Origin: Amoebophrya sp. A120
Taxonomy: Eukaryota; Protista; Dinoflagellata
DNA length: 24,457 bases
Direction of reading: 5' to 3'
Assembly: GCA_905178155.1 (NCBI GenBank)
Contig: CAJINV010000023.1
Coordinates: forward strand, 361,452 to 385,908
Position 1 is the stretch's first letter. Every line of letters starts with the position of its first letter. Shown here in pieces: positions 1 through 11,035 of the stretch. The position numbers were made by a program, and so were the translations under genes. The notes below the pieces were generated by a model. It had not been told where the DNA came from. It saw only the letters and a list, made by a program, of their open reading frames with translations, and made no database searches.

Positions 1-176
1 TGGTTCCCCGCTGCTGGTTCCCCGCTGCTGGTTCCCCGCTGCTGGTTCCCCGCTGCTGGTTCCCCGCTGCTGGTTCCCCGCTGCTGGTTCCCCGCTGCGC
101 TGCTGGTTCCCCGCTGCGCTGCTGGTTCCCCGCTGCGCTGCTGGTTCCCCGCTGCTGGTTCCCCGCTGGTTCCCCG
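1..176. repeat. Minisatellite, 14-bp unit TGGTTCCCCGCTGC with 19-bp variants; runs off the window start
   Basis: Tandem copies read directly. Confidence 0.95.
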
Positions 177-3100
177 TGTTTGTTGTGTAGCGGGGTGGTT
201 TTTGCTTTATTTTCCTGAGCTTTATTCAAGCCCCCCCAAACCCCCCCAGGCGGCCCTTTTTCTTGAAAACCCGAACGCTTGGCAGGGTGGTCAGAATGTG
301 CCTGCTAAACACGCCTGCGCGGGGGGGTGCGAACTGAATGCAGGGCGTTCGCCTGTTTTCCGTTCTAGCTAGGTAGCCTGCCTCTGGGCACTTTTATGCA
401 TTGCAGGCTGGGCGAAAGCAATTCGCTATAAGTAGGCACGCCGCGGGTATGTCGTTCGTGGTCCCACCATATTTCCCCCTAAGGAGGCGATGACATGCAT
501 AAGAATTCCGAAACGCAGGTAGTTGTGGAGATGCCCAAGAGCGACGCGCCTCGCTGTGTGAAGACTGACGTAGTCCCAGGAGGAGACGGCGGCGGCCAAG
601 GGCAATCGTCCGAGTAGGCGGCATTACAGACGAAGCAAACAATGCAAGTGACACGAGTCAGCTACGCGCTGCTTTTCTTCAATTACTGACGTCTCCAACT
701 ACTGACATGTATTGGCGTTTATGTTTAGTTTTACGGCTTCCGTTGGCACCAAATAAATATTGTAAAAGACAAGTGATTAAATTAGCTCCCAGACCGCGAA
801 ACGATACATAAATACAGAATTCTTGCTAATGGAACAATCTTGATGCACTGCGACTGCGCCCAACGTGGCTGGTCCATTTTCTTCTTGTTGACTTGAGATG
901 ATGGCAGACTTGTAGTGTCTGTCTGTTGTCCGAAAAATATCTATGACCGAAAGCCTGCTAGGCGGGTCTCACACGGCAACTTTCTGTCCCCGTGTCGTGT
1001 AAGCATGCTCAAGAATTTTCCATACTATGCACGGCCAACGGCCGCAGCGGCCCACTCGTTCTGCAGAGGAGCGGGTCCTCCGATTGGAGCGGGTCCACCG
1101 AAAGAAGCGGCCTTACGGGGCCCGCCGGGCCGTGTAGTGCATATGTAACTAAAGAAGGTGGATCGTGGGGCTCTTGTTCATCGCGCGTTTACCTCAGAAG
1201 CTCCTCTCCGGAATGGTCGAAAGGGAGGGCGACGCCTGAACACAGGAGCACTAGTAGTACAACGCGTACGCTCTCGCGAGTTGTGGTTTGGAATTGGATA
1301 TCTGAGAGTAGCCTCGGGTGGAAGGGAAGGCCCGACTCGGCCGCGGGCACTAGTTTGCTTCCCCTGCTGTGCTCGGCTTACAACTCCCCAGGTGTGTTTT
1401 TGCCTCCGGAGCAAGTCCTTTTCGACGTGGCTCCCAGGTCAAGAATTCTCTTGGTGAATTTTGGGGCTTTTTGTTTTGGCGACACTTTTTTGAAGCCCCA
1501 AAACCCGGAGTTTCTCGTGCGTTAGCGAATTTTGAATAGGCACCTTGGGCCAAAATTCACCGACGGCTTTTTCAAAATTCACCCCAAAATTCACCGGGCG
1601 CCCCTTTTCGACCGTGATAAGCAAACTTTAGCGCAGAAAAGTGCCCAAAAAAGTGCACAGGTAAGCCCTGGGAAGTGGGGCCGGAGGGAAAAGACAGGCG
1701 CCCTCTGCTGACCTCAGCCCGTCTATATTCTGCCGAAAAGTAGGCCTGGAGAGTTCACGCGCCTGCCGGATAGACGCGTCAAAGCTCTCGGCCTGGTCCT
1801 TTCGCCCTTGCTCTCGCGCCTTGGCCTTTTTGCGTAGTTGCATGCGTTTCGCCGCCTTTCTTTTTCGTGCTTTGCCACGGCTGCTGTAGTGCTCTGATGC
1901 AAGCACGGGGAGGCGCAAAAATGGCCCAAAGAACAACGCCCAGGCTATTTCTAGCTGCCCGGCCGCCGCATGAGACGCGACTTCGTTCTGGCGCAGCGTG
2001 CAGAACCTACTCCCCAGAAGACCAAGAGGGACAACACATCTGCAGTCTACTCTGCAACTTGTCATGCAAAATTCACTAAAGATTCACCGCTACTCATGCT
2101 AGCGGGTGTTAAAGCTCTAAGCCAACGGCCGCAGCGGCCCACTCGTTCTGCAGAGGAGCGGGCTCTCCGGTTGCGCGAGAAAATGTATCAAACAGAGAAG
2201 CCTACCCAAACAAGAAAAAATGTGAATGCTAAAATTGCGTCGCTCAAATTTCTGCTGTAAAAGTGCCGAGGCCAGAAGGCCAAGAGTTTTGCGTTTTTGT
2301 GCGTTTTATTGCGCTTTGTATTTTATGCACTTTAATATATGATTCGAAAAGCAGAAGAAGAAGTAGTGAGTAAGTCTTTCATGATGCGGAAGGACCGGCG
2401 AGAGACCCAAACTCTTTTTCGCCGAATTGGGTATGCTTCTCTGTAGGATGCAACGCCGCGTGTAAACTTACAGCTTTATCGCTCATCCACTACTAGAGCT
2501 ATCATTATCAAGTCGCTACCGTGTCTGAGCCGTATCGTCGCTGCCTGCACAGGTGAAATAGCGTGGCAATGTTTTTTCTATTTCTTATTTTTTGCGAACC
2601 TGGTGCATGACTCCGATGAAGCATAGCCATCCATCAGACCGAACAGCAACAGTATGCACATCCTGCATCTGCCTATCATCTTAAAGGAGGTCGAGTTACA
2701 ATTACTGAGAAAAAATTAATAAGCGTGCTCCAGGAGCTGTGATGTAGTCTTTGTTGTCATTGCATGCGGCTAGTCGTACTTTATGAACCGCTGTAGTTGT
2801 ACTACCTTTGGTTATAAGCACGTGAACGTTTATGCAGCTGTGATTAGATATTACAAGAACGAACCTGGCGCACTGCAGCTTGGCGCACGAAAAGCCATAC
2901 AGCTACGAACTCCTCCGCACGGAACCAGTCGGAAGTATCTTTATCAAAAACGAATTTCTCCTGCAGCTGACTTTTGATCCCCATGTTTGTGTCTATCGAT
3001 AAACCGATGAAAATTCCTGCATGCTTATCGTAAATTTTACTAACGACGCGCGTCGTTGTTGCTTCTTCAGAGGTGGACAAGCGGAACAAGGACGAAAGGA

Positions 3101-3327
3101 AAAAACATTATTCCAATACGTCCGTCGATGGTGTCCAATACGTCCGTCGAGCGCTTTGCATTCCGTTCCGGGTTCGAAGAGCCTGCTGCTGCGAATATCA
3201 GAAGTGGCGCCCCGCTGGTGCAGGCAATCGGAGGTGGCAGCACAGCACAACAGCCACCGACGCGCGGAATGGAGGCTGCTACTATGCGACAAGAGGCGGA
3301 GAAGCAGTGGAAAGACTACGAAGTGGT

Positions 3328-3648
3328 TATGGTGAGGAAAAATCCTTCCTCCTCATATCGAAAAGGTACGCCTCAGAAAATTTGCAATGCTGATTTGTGA
3401 CCAGAAATCAACTCTGTCTTGCAAGAAGGCAAGTCCACATGCTCCGCCGCATTACGCCGGCGGTTTGTGATGCTGTTGGCCCTACAGCGTCGACTTTTGT
3501 CATGCTGGGCGCCTATGTCAAAACCTCTGCGCTGAGGCTTAGGATATGCCTGCAGTCCTCTACTGCGAAACAGATCTGATTTGTGTACGCAGATCCAGCA
3601 TCAGAAGTTTTGTTCTGCTGTGGGGAGGGGTGATTTTTCCGCGCGATA
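3328..3648. mobile_element. Introner (family B), 321 bp
   Basis: gtggt|TATGGTGAGGAAAAATC...GATTTTTCCGCGCGATA|gtggt; perfect DR; joins ORF 3056 to ORF 3649 in frame. Confidence 0.9.
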
Positions 3649-3835
3649 GTGGTCGAGCTCTTGGTCTCGGTGCCACCACCTCCTGCAGCGAAAAGTGAAG
3701 ATGCTGCTGCAGCTCCTGCGGGTCCGACGACAGACACGAATCTGGGCATTTTTCATTGTAATATCCTGAAAGCGCTGTTCTTCGTGGTTCCGGCCCCAGG
3801 CGGAGGGGACGAAGACACCAGCGTCCTGGCGAAAG

Positions 3836-4104
3836 TATCAAATGTAAAAATGTCTGGGTCTGGAAGATTCTAAACTTGTAATGCTGTCTCTGGATTCTAG
3901 AAAAATTTGTATTGCATGACCAGCAAAATAAGGACTCCAGTGTGTGCTACGTGGAGAGAGCATTATTTCTCATGTGCTAGAGGCATCACAAAGTCCTCTA
4001 ACAATCTGTGATGCTACGGCATGCATCACAGACATCATGGGTCATTCAAAATATGCATGACAAACCTGGCAAACTTCCAGCCCCAGACATTTTTGCATTC
4101 GATA
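3836..4104. mobile_element. Introner (family A), 269 bp; duplicate at 7320-7588
   Basis: gaaag|TATCAAATGTAAAAATGTCTGGGTCTGGAAG...CTTCCAGCCCCAGACATTTTTGCATTCGATA|gaaag. Confidence 0.92.
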
Positions 4105-4148
4105 GAAAGCGCTCCAAGACCACCAGCACATGGTTTCACCCACGAACG

Positions 4149-4398
4149 TATCAAATGTAAAAATGTCTGGGTCTGGAAGAGTCATGCTGTTTTTGCATGA
4201 CACAGAAGGTCTGGCATGGAAGCTCTAGCATCACAGGTTTTGAGAACCTTCCGCAATGCCGAATCCGCATGACAAGTCCCCTATTTTGGTGGCAAAAAGT
4301 GGGAGCTTTTGCTACGTATGCATGAGAGACTTTTCTGTGTTCTGAAATACGCATTACAAGTTGCATTCTTCCAAACCCAGACATTTTTACATTTGATA
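4149..4398. mobile_element. Introner (family A-type TIR), 250 bp; duplicate at 7633-7882
   Basis: gaacg|TATCAAATGTAAAAATGTCTGGG...CCCAGACATTTTTACATTTGATA|gaacg. Confidence 0.92.
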
Positions 4399-4440
4399 GA
4401 ACGAAAACGGCAAGAATAATATTGGCTTCTTGCTTCCGAG

Positions 4441-4647
4441 TATCGTACGAAAAAAGTGTTTCACTGTGATGACTTTGCAAGATCTGCATCACAAGTTTGC
4501 TACACATGACTGAAAATTTGTGATGCGCGCTTCCCAAGGGAAAACACGCTTGCAAATCCAATGCCTTGCTGGTGTAGCAAGCCAGAGAGTTCTGTGTTCC
4601 ATTTTCTGCATCACAAGTTCACAGTGAAACAGTTTTTTCTCACGATA
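4441..4647. mobile_element. Introner (family C), 207 bp; duplicate at 7925-8131
   Basis: ccgag|TATCGTACGAAAAAAGTGTTTCACTGTGA...TCACAGTGAAACAGTTTTTTCTCACGATA|ccgag; homologous to 16381-16589. Confidence 0.92.
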
Positions 4648-4743
4648 CCGAGCACCGAGAAGCTCCGAGAGGTCGCGCAGCAGCTGAAATCGAAGCAACA
4701 AGTATCGACCTCCACGCGAAGGAGGAGTCTACAACCACTTTCG

Positions 4744-5005
4744 TATGCACTGCAAATATGTCTGGGTCTGGAAAGTTGGAACTTGTAATGCTAGCTTTAC
4801 ATTCCTGGGATGAAATCTGTATTGCATAACCGACAAATAAAGCCGCACCCATTTTTGTCATGCAAAAACGCAGTTTCTCGTGTGGGCTGCCTATGAGAAA
4901 GTGCTCCGGATGAAAGTTGTCATGCTGGTCTGCATTCGGAAGTGTTTCCATCATGCACATTTTAGCATCACAAGTTTCCAGACCCAGCTATATTTGCAAT
5001 CCATA
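4744..5005. mobile_element. Introner (family A-type TIR), 262 bp; duplicate at 8228-8489
   Basis: tttcg|TATGCACTGCAAATATGTCTGGGTCTGGAAA...TTTCCAGACCCAGCTATATTTGCAATCCATA|tttct; frame preserved. Confidence 0.88.
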
Positions 5006-5054
5006 TTTCTGGGGCCACTACAACAAATCCAGTTCCTAAGGTCGTCGAGAAAGT

Positions 5055-5255
5055 TACCGTGAGGAAAAATCCCTCCTCCCAATAGTGAAAACGTATGTTC
5101 CTAAAAATTTGTGATGCTGATTTGTGAGCACAAATCCTGTCTCTCTTGCAAGAAGGCAAGTCCAAAGAATTCGCCGCCTTATGGATGCGATTTGTAATGC
5201 TGTTTCACTTACATGGAGAGCCTCCGTCATGCTAAGTGCCTACAACAAAACACCC
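5055..5255. mobile_element. 3'-truncated introner (family B); duplicate at ~8539-8740
   Basis: Starts TACCGTGAGGAAAAATCCCTCC, collinear with element 3328 for ~200 bp, then cut just before the junction motif. The end coordinate is approximate. Confidence 0.75.
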
Positions 5256-5345
5256 CTAAGTGCCTACATTTTTAAGCGCGTCGTTGTTGCTTCTTCAGAG
5301 GTGGACAAGCGGAACAAGGACGTCGAAAGGAAAAGAGGTGGATAG

Positions 5346-6225
5346 TACTGGTTTCAGAATGTGAATGTAGTTTCTAGTTTGATGTGGCGCTACAACCTAA
5401 TAGAAGTTCTACAAGAAATAGAAACACCTACGACGCCGCGTTATTCATCTTATGTGATGTGCCTGCACCCACTACACTCGCGTAGTGTAGCCTTACCTGC
5501 TTCGGTTGTAATGCTTGACCTTCTTGATTCAACAAAATTTTGTATCTCATACCCTCCTTCGATATTTTCGGAAAAAGTACCAAAGCGGGCCATTACAAGT
5601 ACTTTCGGGTCTTCAAGATTCCGAGCAACGGCTATCCACATTACTTAAATTTCCCGTACGCCTTCGGAGAAAGAAATGCTGTTTCTGCGTGATGACAATC
5701 CTATTCAGCATGGCAAGTGGTGGCACACAGCCCTAAGGTGGGAAGTTTGTCATGCATTTTTGTCAACGTCGACCTCGATGCGTACGGGAAATTTGTATTG
5801 CATAACAGCAAGCCCTTGCGAATGGCGGGCCGGAATAACGACGAATTTCTCGGGAGGTGCCAGTACTGGTTTGGCCGGGACAGCGTAGAGCCAGCAGCTC
5901 CTGTGAAAGGAGGCGGCGCCGATGCCAATGTGCCGGGTACAGGAGGAACAAACGCGGTGAAAGAAGACGGTGGAAACGCGGAGGATTTGGAAGCTTGTCA
6001 GCTCTTCCATTTGCGACTCGGTGAACCACACATTGCACCGACCAATCTGGTGCGAAACTACTTCAGCGGGTTTTTTCTATGATGTTGATGAGAAAATTGA
6101 AAAAGATAAAGATGCTGAGCAGATAGTGATAGTGAGCTGCAGGCAAACAACCGAGCGTCAGAATCTCTTTTAGTTTCAGCAATAAGCTGCTCCACGTCGT
6201 GGTCGTGAGAAAACCTACGAGGTAG
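5346..6225 (+). pseudogene. Gene fragment of unknown product (..EVLQEIETPTTPRYSS|PSFDIFGKSTKAGHYKYFRVFKIPSNG|KPLRMAGRNNDEFLGRCQYWFG..); duplicate at 8830-9709
   Basis: Open frame after removing 5451-5551 and 5633-5809. No 5' end. The frame breaks near 6071-6082 (frameshift or a further short intron). Confidence 0.55.
5633..5804. mobile_element. Introner, 172 bp; duplicate at 9117-9288
   Basis: acggc|TAT..AAATTTCCCGTACGC...GCGTACGGGAAATTTGTATTGCATA|acagc; 15-bp perfect subterminal inverted repeat; frame preserved. Confidence 0.85.
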
Positions 6226-6592
6226 GACGAGTCGCTACTGTTGAAAATGGCTTGTTGACACCTACTTCATCACAGGCGCCTGCTGAACAAGTATGCTGAG
6301 CGTGGAGATGAATGCGTCGTGTTCATCGTTATGTTCTGATGTTGTTCTTCTTCTTACTCTTAGCTTGCGCGATATCTGGCTGTTCGTTGTCCTCGTGTGT
6401 CGTACACTACGTCCGAAGAACTGCGGTGTTGATAAAATGGCAGATGGTAGGACACTGCCACTGTACTAAAAGACAAAGAGGATACCAAGGAGAACGATGA
6501 TGCTGCTTCTTCAGAGGTGGACAAGCGGAACAAGGACGTCGAACGGAAAAAACATAGGCGGCATCGCAACGGATTTGGCGGCGCTGGGGACC

Positions 6593-6865
6593 TATCAAAT
6601 GCAAATATCCCTGGATGTCTGGAAGAGTGTAGACTTGTCATGCAGCCTTTCCATGTTGACCCCTGAGGTCTGGAATTATGCGGGACCTAGCATGACAGAG
6701 TCTACTGTGAGGTCTCTGTCATGCCTATTTTACATGGGAAACTCCCTGTCACCTTGGCCAAAAGTAGAAGAGCCTTCGGCACTCATGCAACACAGATTCT
6801 TGCGTGATGCGGATTTAGCATGACAACTTGCATCCTTCCAGCCCCAGACCTATTTGCAATGCATA
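6593..6865. mobile_element. Introner (family A-type TIR), 273 bp
   Basis: ggacc|TATCAAATGCAAATAT...TATTTGCAATGCATA|ggacc. Confidence 0.9.
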
Positions 6866-6917
6866 GGACCAGATGGGCGGGCTGTTCAACGCCTTCGCCA
6901 GCGCCCTGGTCCTGTAT

Positions 6918-7244
6918 TACCGTGAAAAATGCCCCCACTCCCAAGGTTGCAAAAATTTGTGATGTGAAGTTTCCAAATGAAAACTTTTTGTCATGCATGC
7001 GCATGCATGAAAGGAGTACGAATCTTTCTGATGCAGAGTCAGACGTGTGTCGCATCGCTTGCAACTGCACAGCTTGCATGACAAGGGCCGCTCTTGCTGG
7101 GATCTTTTGCAGTACAGATTTTTGCTATTTAAGATTGGAATTCTGTGATGCTGATAGATGCAAGAGGGCGAATGTTTCACTTGGAAAGGTCTGCAATACA
7201 AATGCTCCCAAGTTGGTTCGGGGGTGGGGGCATTTTTCATTGTA
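6918..7244. mobile_element. Introner (family B-like termini), 327 bp
   Basis: TACCGTGAAAAATGCCCCCAC...GTGGGGGCATTTTTCATTGTA; DR degenerate (tgtat/atatc), but removing element + 5 nt keeps the frame. Confidence 0.8.
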
Positions 7245-9987
7245 ATATCCTGAAAGCGCTGTTCTTCGTGGTTCCGGCCCCAGGCGGAGGGGACGAAGAC
7301 ACCAGCGTCCTGGCGAAAGTATCAAATGTAAAAATGTCTGGGTCTGGAAGATTCTAAACTTGTAATGCTGTCTCTGGATTCTAGAAAAATTTGTATTGCA
7401 TGACCAGCAAAATAAGGACTCCAGTGTGTGCTACGTGGAGAGAGCATTATTTCTCATGTGCTAGAGGCATCACAAAGTCCTCTAACAATCTGTGATGCTA
7501 CGGCATGCATCACAGACATCATGGGTCATTCAAAATATGCATGACAAACCTGGCAAACTTCCAGCCCCAGACATTTTTGCATTCGATAGAAAGCGCTCCA
7601 AGACCACCAGCACATGGTTTCACCCACGAACGTATCAAATGTAAAAATGTCTGGGTCTGGAAGAGTCATGCTGTTTTTGCATGACACAGAAGGTCTGGCA
7701 TGGAAGCTCTAGCATCACAGGTTTTGAGAACCTTCCGCAATGCCGAATCCGCATGACAAGTCCCCTATTTTGGTGGCAAAAAGTGGGAGCTTTTGCTACG
7801 TATGCATGAGAGACTTTTCTGTGTTCTGAAATACGCATTACAAGTTGCATTCTTCCAAACCCAGACATTTTTACATTTGATAGAACGAAAACGGCAAGAA
7901 TAATATTGGCTTCTTGCTTCCGAGTATCGTACGAAAAAAGTGTTTCACTGTGATGACTTTGCAAGATCTGCATCACAAGTTTGCTACACATGACTGAAAA
8001 TTTGTGATGCGCGCTTCCCAAGGGAAAACACGCTTGCAAATCCAATGCCTTGCTGGTGTAGCAAGCCAGAGAGTTCTGTGTTCCATTTTCTGCATCACAA
8101 GTTCACAGTGAAACAGTTTTTTCTCACGATACCGAGCACCGAGAAGCTCCGAGAGGTCGCGCAGCAGCTGAAATCGAAGCAACAAGTATCGACCTCCACG
8201 CGAAGGAGGAGTCTACAACCACTTTCGTATGCACTGCAAATATGTCTGGGTCTGGAAAGTTGGAACTTGTAATGCTAGCTTTACATTCCTGGGATGAAAT
8301 CTGTATTGCATAACCGACAAATAAAGCCGCACCCATTTTTGTCATGCAAAAACGCAGTTTCTCGTGTGGGCTGCCTATGAGAAAGTGCTCCGGATGAAAG
8401 TTGTCATGCTGGTCTGCATTCGGAAGTGTTTCCATCATGCACATTTTAGCATCACAAGTTTCCAGACCCAGCTATATTTGCAATCCATATTTCTGGGGCC
8501 ACTACAACAAATCCAGTTCCTAAGGTCGTCGAGAAAGTTACCGTGAGGAAAAATCCCTCCTCCCAATAGTGAAAACGTATGTTCCTAAAAATTTGTGATG
8601 CTGATTTGTGAGCACAAATCCTGTCTCTCTTGCAAGAAGGCAAGTCCAAAGAATTCGCCGCCTTATGGATGCGATTTGTAATGCTGTTTCACTTACATGG
8701 AGAGCCTCCGTCATGCTAAGTGCCTACAACAAAACACCCCTAAGTGCCTACATTTTTAAGCGCGTCGTTGTTGCTTCTTCAGAGGTGGACAAGCGGAACA
8801 AGGACGTCGAAAGGAAAAGAGGTGGATAGTACTGGTTTCAGAATGTGAATGTAGTTTCTAGTTTGATGTGGCGCTACAACCTAATAGAAGTTCTACAAGA
8901 AATAGAAACACCTACGACGCCGCGTTATTCATCTTATGTGATGTGCCTGCACCCACTACACTCGCGTAGTGTAGCCTTACCTGCTTCGGTTGTAATGCTT
9001 GACCTTCTTGATTCAACAAAATTTTGTATCTCATACCCTCCTTCGATATTTTCGGAAAAAGTACCAAAGCGGGCCATTACAAGTACTTTCGGGTCTTCAA
9101 GATTCCGAGCAACGGCTATCCACATTACTTAAATTTCCCGTACGCCTTCGGAGAAAGAAATGCTGTTTCTGCGTGATGACAATCCTATTCAGCATGGCAA
9201 GTGGTGGCACACAGCCCTAAGGTGGGAAGTTTGTCATGCATTTTTGTCAACGTCGACCTCGATGCGTACGGGAAATTTGTATTGCATAACAGCAAGCCCT
9301 TGCGAATGGCGGGCCGGAATAACGACGAATTTCTCGGGAGGTGCCAGTACTGGTTTGGCCGGGACAGCGTAGAGCCAGCAGCTCCTGTGAAAGGAGGCGG
9401 CGCCGATGCCAATGTGCCGGGTACAGGAGGAACAAACGCGGTGAAAGAAGACGGTGGAAACGCGGAGGATTTGGAAGCTTGTCAGCTCTTCCATTTGCGA
9501 CTCGGTGAACCACACATTGCACCGACCAATCTGGTGCGAAACTACTTCAGCGGGTTTTTTCTATGATGTTGATGAGAAAATTGAAAAAGATAAAGATGCT
9601 GAGCAGATAGTGATAGTGAGCTGCAGGCAAACAACCGAGCGTCAGAATCTCTTTTAGTTTCAGCAATAAGCTGCTCCACGTCGTGGTCGTGAGAAAACCT
9701 ACGAGGTAGGACGAGTCGCTACTGTTGAAAATGGCTTGTTGACACCTACTTCATCACAGGCGCCTGCTGAACAAGTATGCTGAGCGTGGAGATGAATGCG
9801 TCGTGTTCATCGTTATGTTCTGATGTTGTTCTTCTTCTTACTCTTAGCTTGCGCGATATCTGGCTGTTCGTTGTCCTCGTGTGTCGTACACTACGTCCGA
9901 AGAACTGCGGTGTTGATAAAATGGCAGATGGTAGGACACTGCCACTGTACTAAAAGACAAAGAGGATACCAAGGAGAACGATGATGC
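7228..9987. repeat. Segmental duplication copy 2
   Basis: Matches 3744-6503. Confidence 0.95.
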
Positions 9988-9996
9988 GTTTTGAGC

Positions 9997-9997
<1 letters not shown>

Positions 9998-10046
<49 letters not shown>
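9998..10046. repeat. (GT)24 microsatellite
   Basis: Read directly; lies 10 bp after the end of duplication copy 2. Confidence 0.98.
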
Positions 10047-10048
<2 letters not shown>

Positions 10049-10560
10049 TTCTTCTAACTTGCCCGGCTGTGCCTATTGCAGCTACCACCAGAGTTGTTGT
10101 GGTGCTACTGGCAGAACAGAACCGCCAGCCGTACCAATCTTGTTCTGTAGTTCCTACTTGTGTAGTTCTCGTGTCAGAAGTAGTAGTGCCAGTTCAAGTT
10201 TAAGTATCAAAATAACTACGCTTGCTTGCATCGCGCCGTTTCATTCGTACGCACCTAATTTTTTCGACTCGTCGTGGCTACCTCTACCAGCACTTCTATA
10301 ATTTGTCTTGCATGAAGACCACGAACCCGGACGCCTCGTCCACGATCGCTTCAAGAAGATGTTGCCGGAAGACCTGAACCCGGGGAACCGTGACTACAAA
10401 ACCGTGCCGCTTCTTTCCGCAGACGAGCAAAACCGGAATCAAGAAAGGGAAGGCCACAACGACCTCTCTGGCGCAGCTTCTAGTAGTTCCAGACCTGCTA
10501 GAGGTAACGACACCTCCGACGTGGGTCCTTCAACATCCGTCGCAAGCGCGGCCAACACCC

Positions 10561-10732
10561 TATCCACAGAAAAAAACCCATCCACATCCATTTTTTGCAT
10601 GACAAACACATCCATTTTAAGTTTATAAACGAATGGGACGCCCTGCCCTTAGCCTTCCAACATGACAAACACATGATTTGATACGTGTTCTGCATGACAA
10701 ATTGGATACGGATGGGTTTTTTTCTGTGGATA
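10561..10732. mobile_element. Introner, 172 bp, 23-bp perfect TIR
   Basis: caccc|TATCCACAGAAAAAAACCCATCC...GGATGGGTTTTTTTCTGTGGATA|caccc. Confidence 0.93.
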
Positions 10733-10773
10733 CACCCACACTTCCGACGATACCCGGCGGACGAAACAGAACA

Positions 10774-11035
10774 TATCAAATGTAAAAATGTCTGGGTCTG
10801 GAAGAATGCAACTTGTGATGCTGCATTTGGATGTCTAAGAAATTTGTGTTGCGTGAGCAGCAAAAGGAGTCTAATTGTTGGTACGCGGAGAGGGCATTTG
10901 TCATGCGGAATAGGCATCAAGAATCCCTGAAAAAGATTGTGATGCTAGGGCAGGCATCACAGACATCATGGCTCATGCAAACCGTTCATGACAAGTCTCA
11001 GAATCTTCCAGACCCAGACATTTTTGCATTTGATA
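10774..11035. mobile_element. Introner (family A), 262 bp
   Basis: gaaca|TATCAAATGTAAAAATGTCTGGGTCTGGAAGA...TCTTCCAGACCCAGACATTTTTGCATTTGATA|gaaca. Confidence 0.93.

Larger units (their letters stand above)
3110..5054 (+). pseudogene. Chimeric gene fragment, frame open across 5 introners (..KDYEVVELLVSVPP..VLAKALQDHQH..PTNENGKNNIGFLLPSTEKLREV..QPLSGATTTNPVPKVVEK)
   Basis: Removing elements 3328, 3836, 4149, 4441 and 4744, each with one 5-bp DR, gives one open frame. The part from 3744 is a copy of the fragment at 7228 onward. It ends in a truncated introner. Confidence 0.6.
3744..6503. repeat. Segmental duplication copy 1 (2,760 bp)
   Basis: Matches 7228-9987 at offset 3484; the ORF track is identical in both copies. 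Confidence 0.95.
6555..8538 (+). pseudogene. Gene fragment, possibly fucosyltransferase-like (NGFGGAGDQMGGLFNAFASALVLYLKALFFVVP..), with 6 complete introners
   Basis: Open frame after removing elements 6593, 6918, 7320, 7633, 7925 and 8228 (+5 nt each). The motif resembles the 'GxG(D/N)xxxxLxxAFxxAL' helix of GT23/GT37-type fucosyltransferases, judged by eye only. No start or end. Confidence 0.45.

Noticed and set aside
1-176. Telomere
   Set aside because: The unit is unlike TTTAGGG/TTAGGG-type repeats, and a similar satellite-plus-motif module occurs internally at ~12000.
394-3000. Short ORFs in the left intergenic region
   Set aside because: No protein-like composition, recognisable motifs or introner-linked exon chain.
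3048-3112. Seam motif as a relict dinoflagellate spliced leader
   Set aside because: No match to the DinoSL (DCCGTAGCCATTTTGGCTCAAG), and neighbouring fragments retain introns, which argues against retroposition.
3835-4105. Canonical GT...AG intron (G|TATC...GATA|G), also possible at 4148-4399
   Set aside because: It removes element + 2 nt, which keeps frame only by leaving an extra codon, and it is unavailable at most elements (e.g. 10561, 18529, 21893). Not a general explanation, but not excluded locally without cDNA.
4151-5165. Small Cys/His/Met-rich ORFs with recurring MSGSGR / CKYVWVWK / LPDPDIF peptides
   Set aside because: Translations of the introner TIRs and internal motifs, not a protein family.
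10205-10314. Additional introner (aag|TATC...CATG|aag)
   Set aside because: Poor TIR, and no removal register gave an open upstream frame.
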